A stretch of DNA of 64,000 nucleotides from Patescibacteria group bacterium (GCA_038064475.1 JBBTTA010000001.1:187795-251794); one strand, 5' to 3'. Positions 15,516 through 25,052 are shown, counted from the first letter of the stretch. The notes: a model not told the origin generated them from the sequence alone. Numbers and translations are program-made.

Positions 15516-16688
15516 ATGCGCCGAGTTGTTTTGTGTGTGTGCCTTTCCTTGGCACTGTTCCTTCACACAGCTGTTTCAGCCGAACAAGCACTTTTCACAC
15601 GTAGTGAACCCTGCCCCGTTGATGTGTTGTTTCCGCTTGCACGAGAAATGGCGCTACGCACACCGGTATCACACAGTGAGAAAGTTGTTTCATTTTTTGA
15701 AACTCAGATTCACAGCGACAGCACAAGCCCACGACGCGGTTCTGATTTCTCAACACGAACTATTCCACTCGTTCTCATGAATCTTTCAACATGCGAACTC
15801 GTGGAAACTTCAGTTACCCGTCACATCAACCAAAGTGCTGTTGCAACGATGCTCTCTAGTAATGACGGGCGCTTCATTGTTTTTGTGGAGCCACGCCCTT
15901 ACGGAGCTCTGTGGAACTGGTGGAACACGCCCCTTCAAGTACTCGCACCAGAACAGTGGGTTGTCGCAGCGATTCACTGGACCTTACGCCCATCTGGAGA
16001 GTCTGTCGCGTACACGCCGGGGTCTGCCGACCTTATGAATTCATTTCCATCCCTTGTCGAAATCGGCAGATACCATGTTCGCGGAGATATCCAGAAGGCG
16101 TATGAGATTCTTGAGAAAACAAATTCTCGAGCGCTCCCTCATCAGACTATCCCCGACGTTATTGAAACGTACTTCCCGCGACTTCTTGAATCCATCATCT
16201 CAATCGAGCATGCCGACGATCACGAAGTTGCGGAGTATCGGTCTGGTGCATATGCGGTAAATCCCATTGACCGCCCCTTCGCTGTTATTGGTGCAAACCC
16301 TGAGCGAGCATATTCGATTACGCGCAGCCCTGTCGGCGCACGTGGTCTCATGCAGGTAATGCCAAAAACGTGCAGGGAAACGCGCCCACTCTACGGATAC
16401 CCAGTTCCAGCAGGGTGCTCTACGGATTCGCACAGCCACCCAACGGAACTCGCGTCGGCAATGATTATCATCGACGATCATCTCTCAGCCCTCATGCAGA
16501 GATTGAGGAAAGGGACGGAGTCTCGAGATGCATTCTGCCGACGCCCAGAGATTAAGCTAATGCTCCGGGCGTCCTACAACACAGGTCCGAGACGTGTTGG
16601 CACAGCGATAAAGAAAGAGAAAGACTGGGCCTCACGCCTTCTACGAGAAACACGAGGCTATCTCGTTAAAGCCTTCGGCCTCGACTGA
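15516..16688 (+). CDS. Secreted protein with SLT-like lytic transglycosylase domain
   Basis: Signal peptide, SD aggagg, SPVGARGLMQVMP, ASYNTGP. Confidence 0.8.
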   Translation: MRRVVLCVCLSLALFLHTAVSAEQALFTRSEPCPVDVLFPLAREMALRTPVSHSEKVVSFFETQIHSDSTSPRRGSDFSTRTIPLVLMNLSTCELVETSVTRHINQSAVATMLSSNDGRFIVFVEPRPYGALWNWWNTPLQVLAPEQWVVAAIHWTLRPSGESVAYTPGSADLMNSFPSLVEIGRYHVRGDIQKAYEILEKTNSRALPHQTIPDVIETYFPRLLESIISIEHADDHEVAEYRSGAYAVNPIDRPFAVIGANPERAYSITRSPVGARGLMQVMPKTCRETRPLYGYPVPAGCSTDSHSHPTELASAMIIIDDHLSALMQRLRKGTESRDAFCRRPEIKLMLRASYNTGPRRVGTAIKKEKDWASRLLRETRGYLVKAFGLD

Positions 16689-16696
16689 AACAGAAC

Positions 16697-16727
16697 GCCG
16701 CCCTTCAACGTTGAGGGGCGGCTTTTT
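16697..16727 (+). terminator. Intrinsic terminator
   Basis: gccgcccttcaacgttgaggggcggc followed by ttttt. Confidence 0.75.
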
Positions 16728-17206
16728 CAAATCTCGTCGACTTCGTTAATCTCCTGTTCAAGAATTGTACTTGTGAATTCAGAGCCCGAAGGTTTATCAA
16801 ATTTGAATCTCGCTTTAAACTTTTTTCTCTCTAGGAAATATGGAAACCAGTGAATATCGTCGGGCCACATTTGTGCAAAAGGTATATCGTCCACATGAAA
16901 CCACTCTGGCTTCATCTCCTCAGTCTCCATCGGCTCTCCTGAAATATCTTCGGCGCGAAAAAGATGTACTTCAAGTTCTTTTGCATCATCTTCAAATTCA
17001 AACTTTAAAATCCCCACCTTATCTAAATCATTTAGCGTGAGCCCTACTTCTTCAGAAACTTCCCGCCGTGCTGCTTCTTCGACTGTCTCCCCTTCCTCAA
17101 CCTTTCCGCCAAAACCGTTCCATCGGCCTTCACCGAATCCTCGTTTCTTAAGTCCAAGAAGCACTTTGGGATGCTGATGTACCAAAACAAGAGTTAACTG
17201 TTTCAT
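16727..17206 (-). CDS. NUDIX hydrolase, MTH1/NUDT1-like 8-oxo-dGTPase
   Basis: LLGLKKRGFGEGRWNGFGGKVEEGETVEEAARREVSEEVG, ETEEMKPEWF, MWPDD. Confidence 0.9.
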   Translation of the reverse strand: MKQLTLVLVHQHPKVLLGLKKRGFGEGRWNGFGGKVEEGETVEEAARREVSEEVGLTLNDLDKVGILKFEFEDDAKELEVHLFRAEDISGEPMETEEMKPEWFHVDDIPFAQMWPDDIHWFPYFLERKKFKARFKFDKPSGSEFTSTILEQEINEVDEI

Positions 17207-17207
17207 A

Positions 17208-18197
17208 TCACTTTCGTGAAATCGCTTTCTTTGCGGCAACGATGATTGAATCAACATCCATGCCGTAGTGTTTGATAAGCTCATCCGGCTCTCCCGATTG
17301 TCCGAACTGATCGTGTACTCCAATAAATTCTATTGGCACAGGATTATTTTGTGAAAGTATTTCGGAAACTGTTGAGCCCATACCCCCTGCAATCTGATGT
17401 TCTTCAATCGTCACCACAGCACCACATTCTTTTGCAACAGCAACAACACTCGCAATATCCATTGGCTTCACGGTGTGATTATTTAAAACAGTCGCATCAA
17501 TTCCCTCTTCGGCTAATTGTTTTGCGGCGGTCAAAGCATTGTGGAGAAGTGCCCCGCATGCAATCAAAGCAACTTGCGGTTTCTCCCCTTTCCAAAATAT
17601 TTCCGCGCGTCCTATTTCAAATGGTGTGTCTGCTGTTGTTATAACTGATGTCGACGAGCGACCAAGACGAAGATACGAAGGGCTGTCTGTTTTTGCGATG
17701 GCAAGCGTTGCCTTTCGCGCCTCTTCGCTGTCACACGGAACAATGACGACCATGTGTGGCAACATACGCATCAGACCAATGTCTTCAAGCGCTTGGTGCG
17801 TTGCGCCATCAGGACCAACGGACACCCCGGCGTGTGAACCAATAATTTTTACCGGCACATTATTGATTGCAATCGTCGTACGAATTTGTTCATTGTTTCT
17901 CCCTGGAGAAAATGTCGCATACGATGTGATGAAAGGAATTTTTCCATAGTTTGCAAGTCCTGCACCGATTGTCGCCAAATTTTGTTCAGCAACACCAATC
18001 TCAATGAATCGTTCAGGAAATTCTTTTTTGAACCATTCCACACGTGTTGACTCTGCTAAATCGGCGCACAAAGCAACAATGCGTGGGTCCGCCTTCCCTG
18101 CTTCAACGAGCCCTTTGCCGAAACCATCACGCGTCGGAATTTTCTTCGCGTCTTTGTTCCAGATATCCGGAGAAAGTTTTTTATCTTGGTTTAACAT
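17208..18197 (-). CDS. Transketolase C-terminal subunit
   Basis: GVAEQN, GPDGATHQALED, TIEEHQIAGG. Confidence 0.95.
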   Translation of the reverse strand: MLNQDKKLSPDIWNKDAKKIPTRDGFGKGLVEAGKADPRIVALCADLAESTRVEWFKKEFPERFIEIGVAEQNLATIGAGLANYGKIPFITSYATFSPGRNNEQIRTTIAINNVPVKIIGSHAGVSVGPDGATHQALEDIGLMRMLPHMVVIVPCDSEEARKATLAIAKTDSPSYLRLGRSSTSVITTADTPFEIGRAEIFWKGEKPQVALIACGALLHNALTAAKQLAEEGIDATVLNNHTVKPMDIASVVAVAKECGAVVTIEEHQIAGGMGSTVSEILSQNNPVPIEFIGVHDQFGQSGEPDELIKHYGMDVDSIIVAAKKAISRK

Positions 18198-18238
18198 TAT
18201 ATTTTTCTTTCTTGATTCTTGATTCCAGCTTCTTGATT

Positions 18239-19102
18239 CTAATCAGAGTGTCCTGCTTCTATTTTTCCTCCAAGCGTGCGGAGTTCTTTCAAAAACTTTT
18301 GCTCTTCTTCTTTTGTTGGTGGCTTACCGTGCCACGTGTAATCAAATTCAATTTCCTTAATGCCTTTGCCGGGAATCGTGTGTGCAATGATAACTGTTGG
18401 TCGCTCGTAAATTGCTTTTGCTTCCTCAACAGCATCAACGAATGCTTTGATATTATTGCCGTCAACTTCAATCACATGCCAATTAAATGCACGGTACTTA
18501 TCCGCCAAAGGCTCTAAAGGCATCACGTTTTCCGTCATGCCGTCAATTTGAATATTATTTCTGTCGATAACTGCGGTGAGATTTGAAAGTCGGTTGTTGC
18601 CCGCAAACATCGCACCTTCCCACGTATTCCCTGCTTCCTGCTCGCCATCAGACATCAAACAGTACACACGGAATTTTTTTCCGTCCATGCGCGCGCCGTA
18701 TGCCATTCCTGTTGCCTGTGACAAACCCGAACCAAGCGGACCTGATGTTGTTTCAACTCCAGGTAACTTTTCGCGTTCTGGATGTCCTTGGAGTCGCGTT
18801 CCAAATTTGCGAAGTGTTTTTAATTCTTCAAGAGGAAAATAGCCAGCGTGCGCCATCGTTGCATAGCGAATCGGCGTGATGTGTCCGTTTGAAAGAATGA
18901 GTCGGTCACGATCTTCCCACGCAGGGTTTTTTGGATCGTGATTCAGAATATGAAAATAAAGTGCGGTGAAAATGTCCGCCATGCCGAGTGGCCCTGCTGT
19001 ATGACCACTTCCCGCGTCTTCAAGCATGTCGATAAGCGAGATGCGAATGTCGTTAGCCTGTGCCTCAAGACGGAATAGTTTTTCTTCTGGTAAGTGTGTC
19101 AT
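18239..19102 (-). CDS. Transketolase N-terminal subunit
   Basis: GSGH, DRDRLILSNGH, LQGHP, SDGEQEAG, HTIPGKG. Confidence 0.95.
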   Translation of the reverse strand: MTHLPEEKLFRLEAQANDIRISLIDMLEDAGSGHTAGPLGMADIFTALYFHILNHDPKNPAWEDRDRLILSNGHITPIRYATMAHAGYFPLEELKTLRKFGTRLQGHPEREKLPGVETTSGPLGSGLSQATGMAYGARMDGKKFRVYCLMSDGEQEAGNTWEGAMFAGNNRLSNLTAVIDRNNIQIDGMTENVMPLEPLADKYRAFNWHVIEVDGNNIKAFVDAVEEAKAIYERPTVIIAHTIPGKGIKEIEFDYTWHGKPPTKEEEQKFLKELRTLGGKIEAGHSD

Positions 19103-19108
19103 GGAAAT

Positions 19109-19207
19109 TTAATAGAACCACGTCACGCCCCGTACTAAGCTTCGCTTTAGTGCGGGGTCATTCGCCTGCTTTTCGAGCTGAAAAAGTTTTTCTTCAGGAA
19201 GATGCAT
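19109..19207 (-). pseudogene. Diverged copy of the transketolase first 17 codons, cut off by a palindromic element
   Basis: Translates MHLPEEKLFQLEKQAND|PALKRSLVRGVTWFY* versus the real start MTHLPEEKLFRLEAQAND. Confidence 0.8.
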
Positions 19208-19257
19208 ACTGAAAACAGTATAACAGGTTGCACATTGTCAAACACTGAGTGTTAACC

Positions 19258-19287
19258 TATTCTCTAATTCGCACGAATTAGAGAATA
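19258..19287. repeat. 14 bp-arm palindrome after rpe
   Basis: tattctctaattcg-ca-cgaattagagaata. Confidence 0.85.
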
Positions 19288-19291
19288 AGGA

Positions 19292-19960
19292 CTAGCCCAA
19301 ACTTTCGAGTGCTGTGATGGTTTCTTTTGGATCAGCGCTTCCGAATATCGCAGAACCTGAAACAAGCTTCGTTGCACCCGCTTCAACAAGAAGGGGTGCC
19401 GTCTCTTCATTCACGCCAATATCAACAGCAATCGGCATATTAGGATACATCTCACGAAGCATACGTACTTTGTCATACACACGTTCGTCGAGCGCTACAC
19501 CATTTCGTCCTATCTCGTCGTTCCCCATGCACTGTATGAAATCAATATGTTCGATAAGAGGTTCAAGATTTTCGATATCAGTTGAAGGTGAGATACCTAC
19601 GCCAACTGATATGTTTCGCTCGTGTAACACATCCGCAACTGATTCAAATGACTCTGTTGATTCAATGTGAATAATTGCCGCCGTTACTCCTGCCTGCGCC
19701 CAATCATCGATGTACTGTTCAGGATTTTTCACCAACATGTCTACTTCATATTCAATGTCTTCCCAAAACGGCAATCCTTCGTCTTCGTGAAGTATCGATT
19801 CCCAATGATCGTTGTGTGAAAATGGCCACGTTTCTGTTGGAGCGTAAGAACCGTCAGCAATATCAATCTGCACAACACGCACAAGTCCGCGCACGCGAGA
19901 AACGCGTGCGCTTAAATCCTCATATGATTCCGGTAATATCGCAGGGACTACTTCAGTCAT
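19292..19960 (-). CDS. rpe: Ribulose-phosphate 3-epimerase
   Basis: VQIDIADG, EVDMLV, IAVDIGVN, AGATKLVSGSAIF. Confidence 0.9.
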   Translation of the reverse strand: MTEVVPAILPESYEDLSARVSRVRGLVRVVQIDIADGSYAPTETWPFSHNDHWESILHEDEGLPFWEDIEYEVDMLVKNPEQYIDDWAQAGVTAAIIHIESTESFESVADVLHERNISVGVGISPSTDIENLEPLIEHIDFIQCMGNDEIGRNGVALDERVYDKVRMLREMYPNMPIAVDIGVNEETAPLLVEAGATKLVSGSAIFGSADPKETITALESLG

Positions 19961-20408
19961 GTAAATGTTCGGTTTCTATTTTTTGTATACGACGAACGTG
20001 ACGCGCGTCTCCAGAAAATGGTGTTGCAAGCCACAACGCGACGATATCTTTCGCTTCATCGATTGAAAGAAAACGCGCACCGAGTGCCAATACGTTTGCA
20101 TCATTGTGTTCGCGTGACAACACCACAAGATCTCGTGCGCCTCCATAAAAAACTGCGGCGCGTACACGAGAAAATCGATTCGCTACCATCGCTTCACCTT
20201 GCCCCGAGCCACCTAAAAGTATTGCCCTATCCGTGCTTCCTTCAGACACCATACGCGCTGCCTTTCCAATAAAGTCAGGATAGTCATCGGCTTCGTCGGG
20301 AACCGTTGCTCCACAGTCAACAGCCTCATGTCCTTCATCACGAAGAAACGCCTTGAGCGCTTCTTTCATTTCAAATCCCGCATGATCTGCAGCCAGAGCT
20401 AGTTTCAT
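19953..20408 (-). CDS. rpiB: Ribose-5-phosphate isomerase B
   Basis: AADHAG, DDYPD, GSGQG, SREHNDANVLALGARF, RHVRRI. Confidence 0.95.
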   Translation of the reverse strand: MKLALAADHAGFEMKEALKAFLRDEGHEAVDCGATVPDEADDYPDFIGKAARMVSEGSTDRAILLGGSGQGEAMVANRFSRVRAAVFYGGARDLVVLSREHNDANVLALGARFLSIDEAKDIVALWLATPFSGDARHVRRIQKIETEHLHD

Positions 20409-20409
20409 A

Positions 20410-20712
20410 TTATTTTTCTCCTTTTAGTATATACCGTGCATCAAAAGCCCCTTTTTCTTCCCTTTTATTTTTCCGAATTTCTTCGACATCCACAAACTCT
20501 GGAAGTTTCTTAAGCGCCTCAATAACCTCAATAAGATCCCCTAATTCTTCGGAAGAAAGATTCTCTTTGAACTCTGCAAGCTCCTCTTCAAGTTTTCTGA
20601 CAAGCTCTTGTTTGTACTCTTCTTCAGTCGCCTCACGCTGTTCATACGAAACACCTTTCGCAGTAAGAATTTCTGGAACCCTATCTCGCACTAATTTTTC
20701 GTATGAAATCAT
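20410..20712 (-). CDS. MazG-like / phosphoribosyl-ATP pyrophosphohydrolase-like protein
   Basis: YEKLVRDRVPEI, KLEEELAEF, EELGDLIEVI, KREEKGAF. Confidence 0.85.
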   Translation of the reverse strand: MISYEKLVRDRVPEILTAKGVSYEQREATEEEYKQELVRKLEEELAEFKENLSSEELGDLIEVIEALKKLPEFVDVEEIRKNKREEKGAFDARYILKGEK

Positions 20713-20782
20713 GATTAGAGTGTCTTGCCGAATTTTTCAACGTGACGAACTAAAGTATATATCGTTTTGTAACTGCACCAGA

Positions 20783-20956
20783 TTATTTTAATTTTGAAAC
20801 ATTATAGAGTAGTACCAGACCAAGCAATATCTCAAAGATTCTTAGAACTATTCCATGCTGAAGAAAGTCTCCGAACGGTTGCATTGCTCCTGTGACCCCC
20901 GCGATAATAAATACCAATGCACCAATCACAGATAAAACCTTAATAACAAAATTCAT
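20783..20956 (-). CDS. Small 57 aa two-TM membrane protein (below the ORF-track cutoff)
   Basis: MNFVIKVLSVIGALVFIIAGVTGAMQPFGDFLQHGIVLRIFEILLGLVLLYNVSKLK*; co-oriented 12 nt after gap. Confidence 0.6.
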   Translation of the reverse strand: MNFVIKVLSVIGALVFIIAGVTGAMQPFGDFLQHGIVLRIFEILLGLVLLYNVSKLK

Positions 20957-20968
20957 AATATTGACAGA

Positions 20969-21991
20969 TTAGTTATTAATCATCTTCCCTGTTTTTATAA
21001 CATGATCAACAAGCGTGTGCGTGTACCCCATTTCGTTGTCATACCATGAGCAAATTGAACAGAGGTCTCCATCAACAACACGTGTCATGGAGAGATCAAT
21101 AATCGCAGGTGTTTCTTCGCCGATGATGTCAGATGAGACAATCTGATCTCGTGTTGTTTTCAATAAACCTTTCCATCGTTTATCTTTTTCTGCTTTCTCA
21201 AACAAACCATTAATTTCTTCAACCGTCGTTCCACGCTCACTGACAAATGAAATTTGTGAAATAGAACCAACAATTACAGGTACGCGCATTGAGATACCAT
21301 CAAACTTTCCCTTGAGTGCTCCTATTGCGCGTGCGACAGCAATTGCTGCTCCCGTTGATGAGGGAACAATGTTTTGTGCTGCTGCGCGTCCACGACGATA
21401 GTCATCACCTTTTGTCGGGCTATCAACAATGCTTTGTGTTGCGGTGTAGCCATGCACTGTTGTGAGAAATGCTTTTTTGATACCAAGGTTCTCCGTAAGG
21501 ATTTGCATCACTGGAGATGCTGAGTTTGTTGTACATGAACCGTTTGATGAAAGCGTACATGTTTTGAGCGCTTCTTCATTCACACCCATGAGCACAGTCT
21601 GTGCGTCAGGACCGTCATCATCTTTTGCGGGAGCAGACAACACAACGCGTTTTGCACCGGCAGTAATGTGCACACGTGCTTTTTCGTAACTCTCGAACGC
21701 GCCTGTTGATTCAACAACAACATCAACGTCGAGATCTTTCCATGGCAGTTTTGTCGGATCTCTTTCTTGGAGGAATGCAATTTCTTTCCCCCCAACAATG
21801 AGCATGCCGTCTTTCATCGACACGTCTTTGTCCCATGTGCGATACACAGAATCGTATTTGAGAAGGTACACAAGATGTGCAAGATCGCCGAGATCGTTAA
21901 TCGCAACGATTTTCAATTTAGAATCTTCAAGTGCGGCCTTGAGAAACTGTCGTCCGATGCGTCCAAAACCATTGATTGCTACGCGTGTCAT
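20969..21991 (-). CDS. gap: Glyceraldehyde-3-phosphate dehydrogenase type I
   Basis: RVAINGFGRIGR, SNGSCTTN, SWYDNE; start MTRVAIN. Confidence 0.97.
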   Translation of the reverse strand: MTRVAINGFGRIGRQFLKAALEDSKLKIVAINDLGDLAHLVYLLKYDSVYRTWDKDVSMKDGMLIVGGKEIAFLQERDPTKLPWKDLDVDVVVESTGAFESYEKARVHITAGAKRVVLSAPAKDDDGPDAQTVLMGVNEEALKTCTLSSNGSCTTNSASPVMQILTENLGIKKAFLTTVHGYTATQSIVDSPTKGDDYRRGRAAAQNIVPSSTGAAIAVARAIGALKGKFDGISMRVPVIVGSISQISFVSERGTTVEEINGLFEKAEKDKRWKGLLKTTRDQIVSSDIIGEETPAIIDLSMTRVVDGDLCSICSWYDNEMGYTHTLVDHVIKTGKMINN

Positions 21992-21994
21992 ATG

Positions 21995-22033
21995 AGTAGA
22001 AGCTGGAATTAAGAATCTGGAATCAAGAATAAA
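21995..22033 (-). repeat. Heptamer-periodic element 3 nt upstream of the gap ATG
   Basis: 35/39 identical to 24891-24929. Confidence 0.8.
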
Positions 22034-22049
22034 TACAATAAAAGTATAC

Positions 22050-22085
22050 CCCGCACTGACTTTTTCCCCAAAAAGTAAGTGCGGG
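22050..22085. repeat. cccg-terminated hairpin element
   Basis: cccgcact-g-acttttt-cccc-aaaaagt-a-agtgcggg, flanked by GTATAC and GTACAG. Confidence 0.7.
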
Positions 22086-22169
22086 GTACAGCATAGGGCG
22101 TTTCTTAACTTTTTGACAAAAACCTTCTCAGTGCCTATATTCCGTATAGATTGTAGAGAGGAGGAAATC

Positions 22170-22466
22170 ATGGCTACTCTGGGTGATGCACGAAATCTAA
22201 AGAAAGCTGTCGAGGAGTTCGTAAGTCCCCAGAACGAAGCGTTCTGGGACGGATACTGGGAGATTCGACGGAGTCTTGTTAGAGCGTTCTGTGAGGAGCG
22301 CAAAATAACACTTGAAGAAGCGTCTCGCCGAATATTTCCCAATCATGCCCATCTGGGTTCAGTTGGGGACGTCGTCTTCTCTCAACTCAATACATATCTC
22401 GTCCAACACGGGTATGGATACGTCTTGAAGAGTGCCTGCTCCTTTCCGAACAAAATCCCCGCGTAA
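22170..22466 (+). CDS. Hypothetical protein
   Basis: Strong SD gaggagg before ATG 22170; ends in a terminator hairpin. Confidence 0.65.
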   Translation: MATLGDARNLKKAVEEFVSPQNEAFWDGYWEIRRSLVRAFCEERKITLEEASRRIFPNHAHLGSVGDVVFSQLNTYLVQHGYGYVLKSACSFPNKIPA

Positions 22467-22481
22467 TTCGCGGGGATTTTT
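22452..22481. terminator. Bidirectional terminator
   Basis: aaaatccccgcg-taatt-cgcggggattttt between convergent genes. Confidence 0.8.
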
Positions 22482-23881
22482 TATGACAACTTTTTCTTGA
22501 AGAGGTCTTGGAGTATTTTTGGATTTCCGGCACCCTTTGTTGCTTTCATTCCCTGCCCTACAAAGAATTGGAGAAGTTGTTCTTTGCCAGACTTATAGTC
22601 AGCGACCACTTTTGGATTTTCGGCGATGATTGTGTCGGCAATGGCTTCAAGCGCACCAACATCACTTTGTTGTATCAATCCTTCCTTCTCTGCAATTTCT
22701 TTTGCATCCCCTCCCTCTTTTACAAGTGTTGAGAGAATGGTTACAGCCGCACCAGATGAAATCGCATCTTCCATGCGCAGTGCAACAAGCCCAGCAAAGT
22801 TTTCTTGTGTGAGTTTTGTTGTGGCAGGATCAGAAGTCAAGGAAGCGAGGTTTGTTGCGACAAGATTAATACCAAGTTTTATTGCTCTCTCATCTTTTTC
22901 TTGTTCCAAAAATGCATCCGCAAACATACCAAACGGCACATTCGTGAGGAACATGTTTGCATCTTCAAGATTCAAACCAAGTGAAAGATATCGCTCGCGT
23001 TTCTGCCATGGCAATTCAGGAAGACTTGCTTTAAGTGTTTTAACATTGAATTCAGGAATCTCTGAAAGCTTTAGTTTTGGAAGATCTGGTTCAGGGAAAT
23101 AACGATAATCGTGTGATGGCTCTTTCTTTCGCTGTGAAAATGTCTCACCTTTTATGTCATCCCATCCGCGAGTCTCTTGCACAATCTCTCCGCCCTCTTC
23201 AAGCACTGCACTTTGTCGTTCGATTTCAAATGCAATTGCTTTTTCTGCAGCACGGAATGAGTTGATGTTTTTAATTTCTGTTTTTGTACCAAGCGTTTTG
23301 TTTTTTGAAACAGAAATGTTTACTTCCACACGCAAATGTCCTTTTTCCATATCAGCATCAGATACACCAAGCGTGCGGAGCAATAGCTGAAGCTCACGCG
23401 CAAAATCTCCTGCCTCTTTTGCAGAGTGAATGACGGGTTCTGTCACCAATTCCATCAACGGCACACCGGCGCGGTTAAAATCAACGAGTGAATGATCCCC
23501 TTCGTGTTGTGAACGTGCTGTGTCTTCTTCTAAGTGGATACGCGTGAGTTGTACGCCACTAACTGTGCCACCTTTTACCAATGGGTATGCGTACTGACTA
23601 ATTTGGTAGCCCTTTGGAATATCTGGATAGAAATAGTTCTTGCGATCAAATTCTGTGTAGTCAGCAATTTCTCCGCCCACGGCAACACCCACGCGAAGTA
23701 CATGCTTCACCGCTTCTTTGTTCATTGTGGGAAGCGTTCCGGGATGCCCCATACATACAGGACATACGTTCACGTTCGGACGCTTTTCGTCCGGATCGTT
23801 CTTTGAATTACAGAACATCTTTGTCTGCGTCTTCAATTCAGCGTGGATTTCGAGTCCTATCGTGGGCTTATAGTCGGTCAT
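22481..23881 (-). CDS. gatB: Asp/Glu-tRNA amidotransferase subunit B
   Basis: IGLEIHAEL, FDRKNYFYPDIPKGYQISQ, DYRYFPEPDLP. Confidence 0.98.
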   Translation of the reverse strand: MTDYKPTIGLEIHAELKTQTKMFCNSKNDPDEKRPNVNVCPVCMGHPGTLPTMNKEAVKHVLRVGVAVGGEIADYTEFDRKNYFYPDIPKGYQISQYAYPLVKGGTVSGVQLTRIHLEEDTARSQHEGDHSLVDFNRAGVPLMELVTEPVIHSAKEAGDFARELQLLLRTLGVSDADMEKGHLRVEVNISVSKNKTLGTKTEIKNINSFRAAEKAIAFEIERQSAVLEEGGEIVQETRGWDDIKGETFSQRKKEPSHDYRYFPEPDLPKLKLSEIPEFNVKTLKASLPELPWQKRERYLSLGLNLEDANMFLTNVPFGMFADAFLEQEKDERAIKLGINLVATNLASLTSDPATTKLTQENFAGLVALRMEDAISSGAAVTILSTLVKEGGDAKEIAEKEGLIQQSDVGALEAIADTIIAENPKVVADYKSGKEQLLQFFVGQGMKATKGAGNPKILQDLFKKKLS

Positions 23882-23903
23882 AAGTACAGTATATCTGAAG
23901 GAT

Positions 23904-24887
23904 TTATTTTCCGCCCAATACCTTTGTGAGTGCTTCTCCTATTTCCTTTAATGAAGCGTCGTCATATACCGAAACACTCAAAATATTCTTCTCAGAAATT
24001 TTTGTCGCTTTTGCAAACACTTTTTTTCTTTTTGTAAATTCTTTTGTGTCGATGAGGTCAGTTTTTGTGAGAATCACACGTTCTGGTTTTGTAGCAAGCT
24101 CTTCACTGTATGCAGCAAGTTCTTCACGAATTGTTTTGTACGTTGTAACAAGATCTTCGTGCTCAAGGGAAATGCAATGCAAAATCATTTTTGTTCGCGT
24201 TACATGGCGCAAAAATTGATGCCCAAGTCCTTTGCCTTCTGATGCCCCTTCAATGAGTCCGGGAATGTCGGCAAGAATGTAGCCGTACAACATACCGAGG
24301 TTTGGGTTGAGTGTGGTGAACGCATATGCTCCAACTTTTGCGTGCGCGCCCGTGAGTTCGTTCAACAAACTTGATTTGCCGGCATTTGGTAGACCAATCA
24401 ATCCCGCATCAACAACAAGACGAAGTTCAACATGAAAATCCGCTTCTTCGCCCGGCTTTCCTTTTGTTGACTGCATCGGTGTTACGTTCTTTGAACCTTT
24501 GAAGTGTTCATTACCATATCCGTTCGATCCCCCCTTCAATACTTTGTGACGTTCGCCTTCCTGCAACAATTCCCACACTTCCCCTGTGTGTTCATTTGTC
24601 ACAACAGATCCAACAGGAAATTGCATTACGAGATCTTCACCCGCCGCACCTTCTTTGCTTTGACCTTTTCCTGCAAAACCATTTCGCGCAGCATAATTCT
24701 TCTCATGCATGTAGCCAGAGAGCGCCGTAACGTCACGCACACCTTCAATATAGACGCTACCACCGCGGCCTCCGTTGCCTCCTGCGGCTCCCGAATATTC
24801 TTTTCCTTTCAGGTGAAGCCAGCGTACGACACCGTCGCCGCCCTTGCCCGCCTTCAAGTGGAGGTTTAGTTCATCAATAAATGCCAT
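23904..24887 (-). CDS. obgE: GTPase ObgE
   Basis: MAFIDE, GKGGDG, GLPNAGKSS, YAFTTLNP, DIPGLIEGA, TKTD. Confidence 0.97.
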   Translation of the reverse strand: MAFIDELNLHLKAGKGGDGVVRWLHLKGKEYSGAAGGNGGRGGSVYIEGVRDVTALSGYMHEKNYAARNGFAGKGQSKEGAAGEDLVMQFPVGSVVTNEHTGEVWELLQEGERHKVLKGGSNGYGNEHFKGSKNVTPMQSTKGKPGEEADFHVELRLVVDAGLIGLPNAGKSSLLNELTGAHAKVGAYAFTTLNPNLGMLYGYILADIPGLIEGASEGKGLGHQFLRHVTRTKMILHCISLEHEDLVTTYKTIREELAAYSEELATKPERVILTKTDLIDTKEFTKRKKVFAKATKISEKNILSVSVYDDASLKEIGEALTKVLGGK

Positions 24888-24890
24888 GGT

Positions 24891-24929
24891 AGTAGAAGCA
24901 GGAATCAAGAATCAGGAATCATGAATAAA
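24891..24929 (-). repeat. Heptamer-periodic element 3 nt upstream of the obgE ATG
   Basis: 35/39 identical to 21995-22033. Confidence 0.8.
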
Positions 24930-25052
24930 AGAAAAATCCTTTCAAACCTTGATTCTTGATTCAAACTTCTTGATTCTGCCTTGCTCACTGTAGCGTACTT
25001 GCATGTAATTAAAAAGCAGACCCCGCTATGAGCGGGGTCGAAATGCGGTTTG

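Noticed and set aside
13520-22342. Long N-terminal extensions in the ORF track for fba, pfkB, NUDIX and gap (also rpmE and others elsewhere)
   Set aside because: They overlap neighbouring genes; family motifs and -10 boxes support the downstream ATGs
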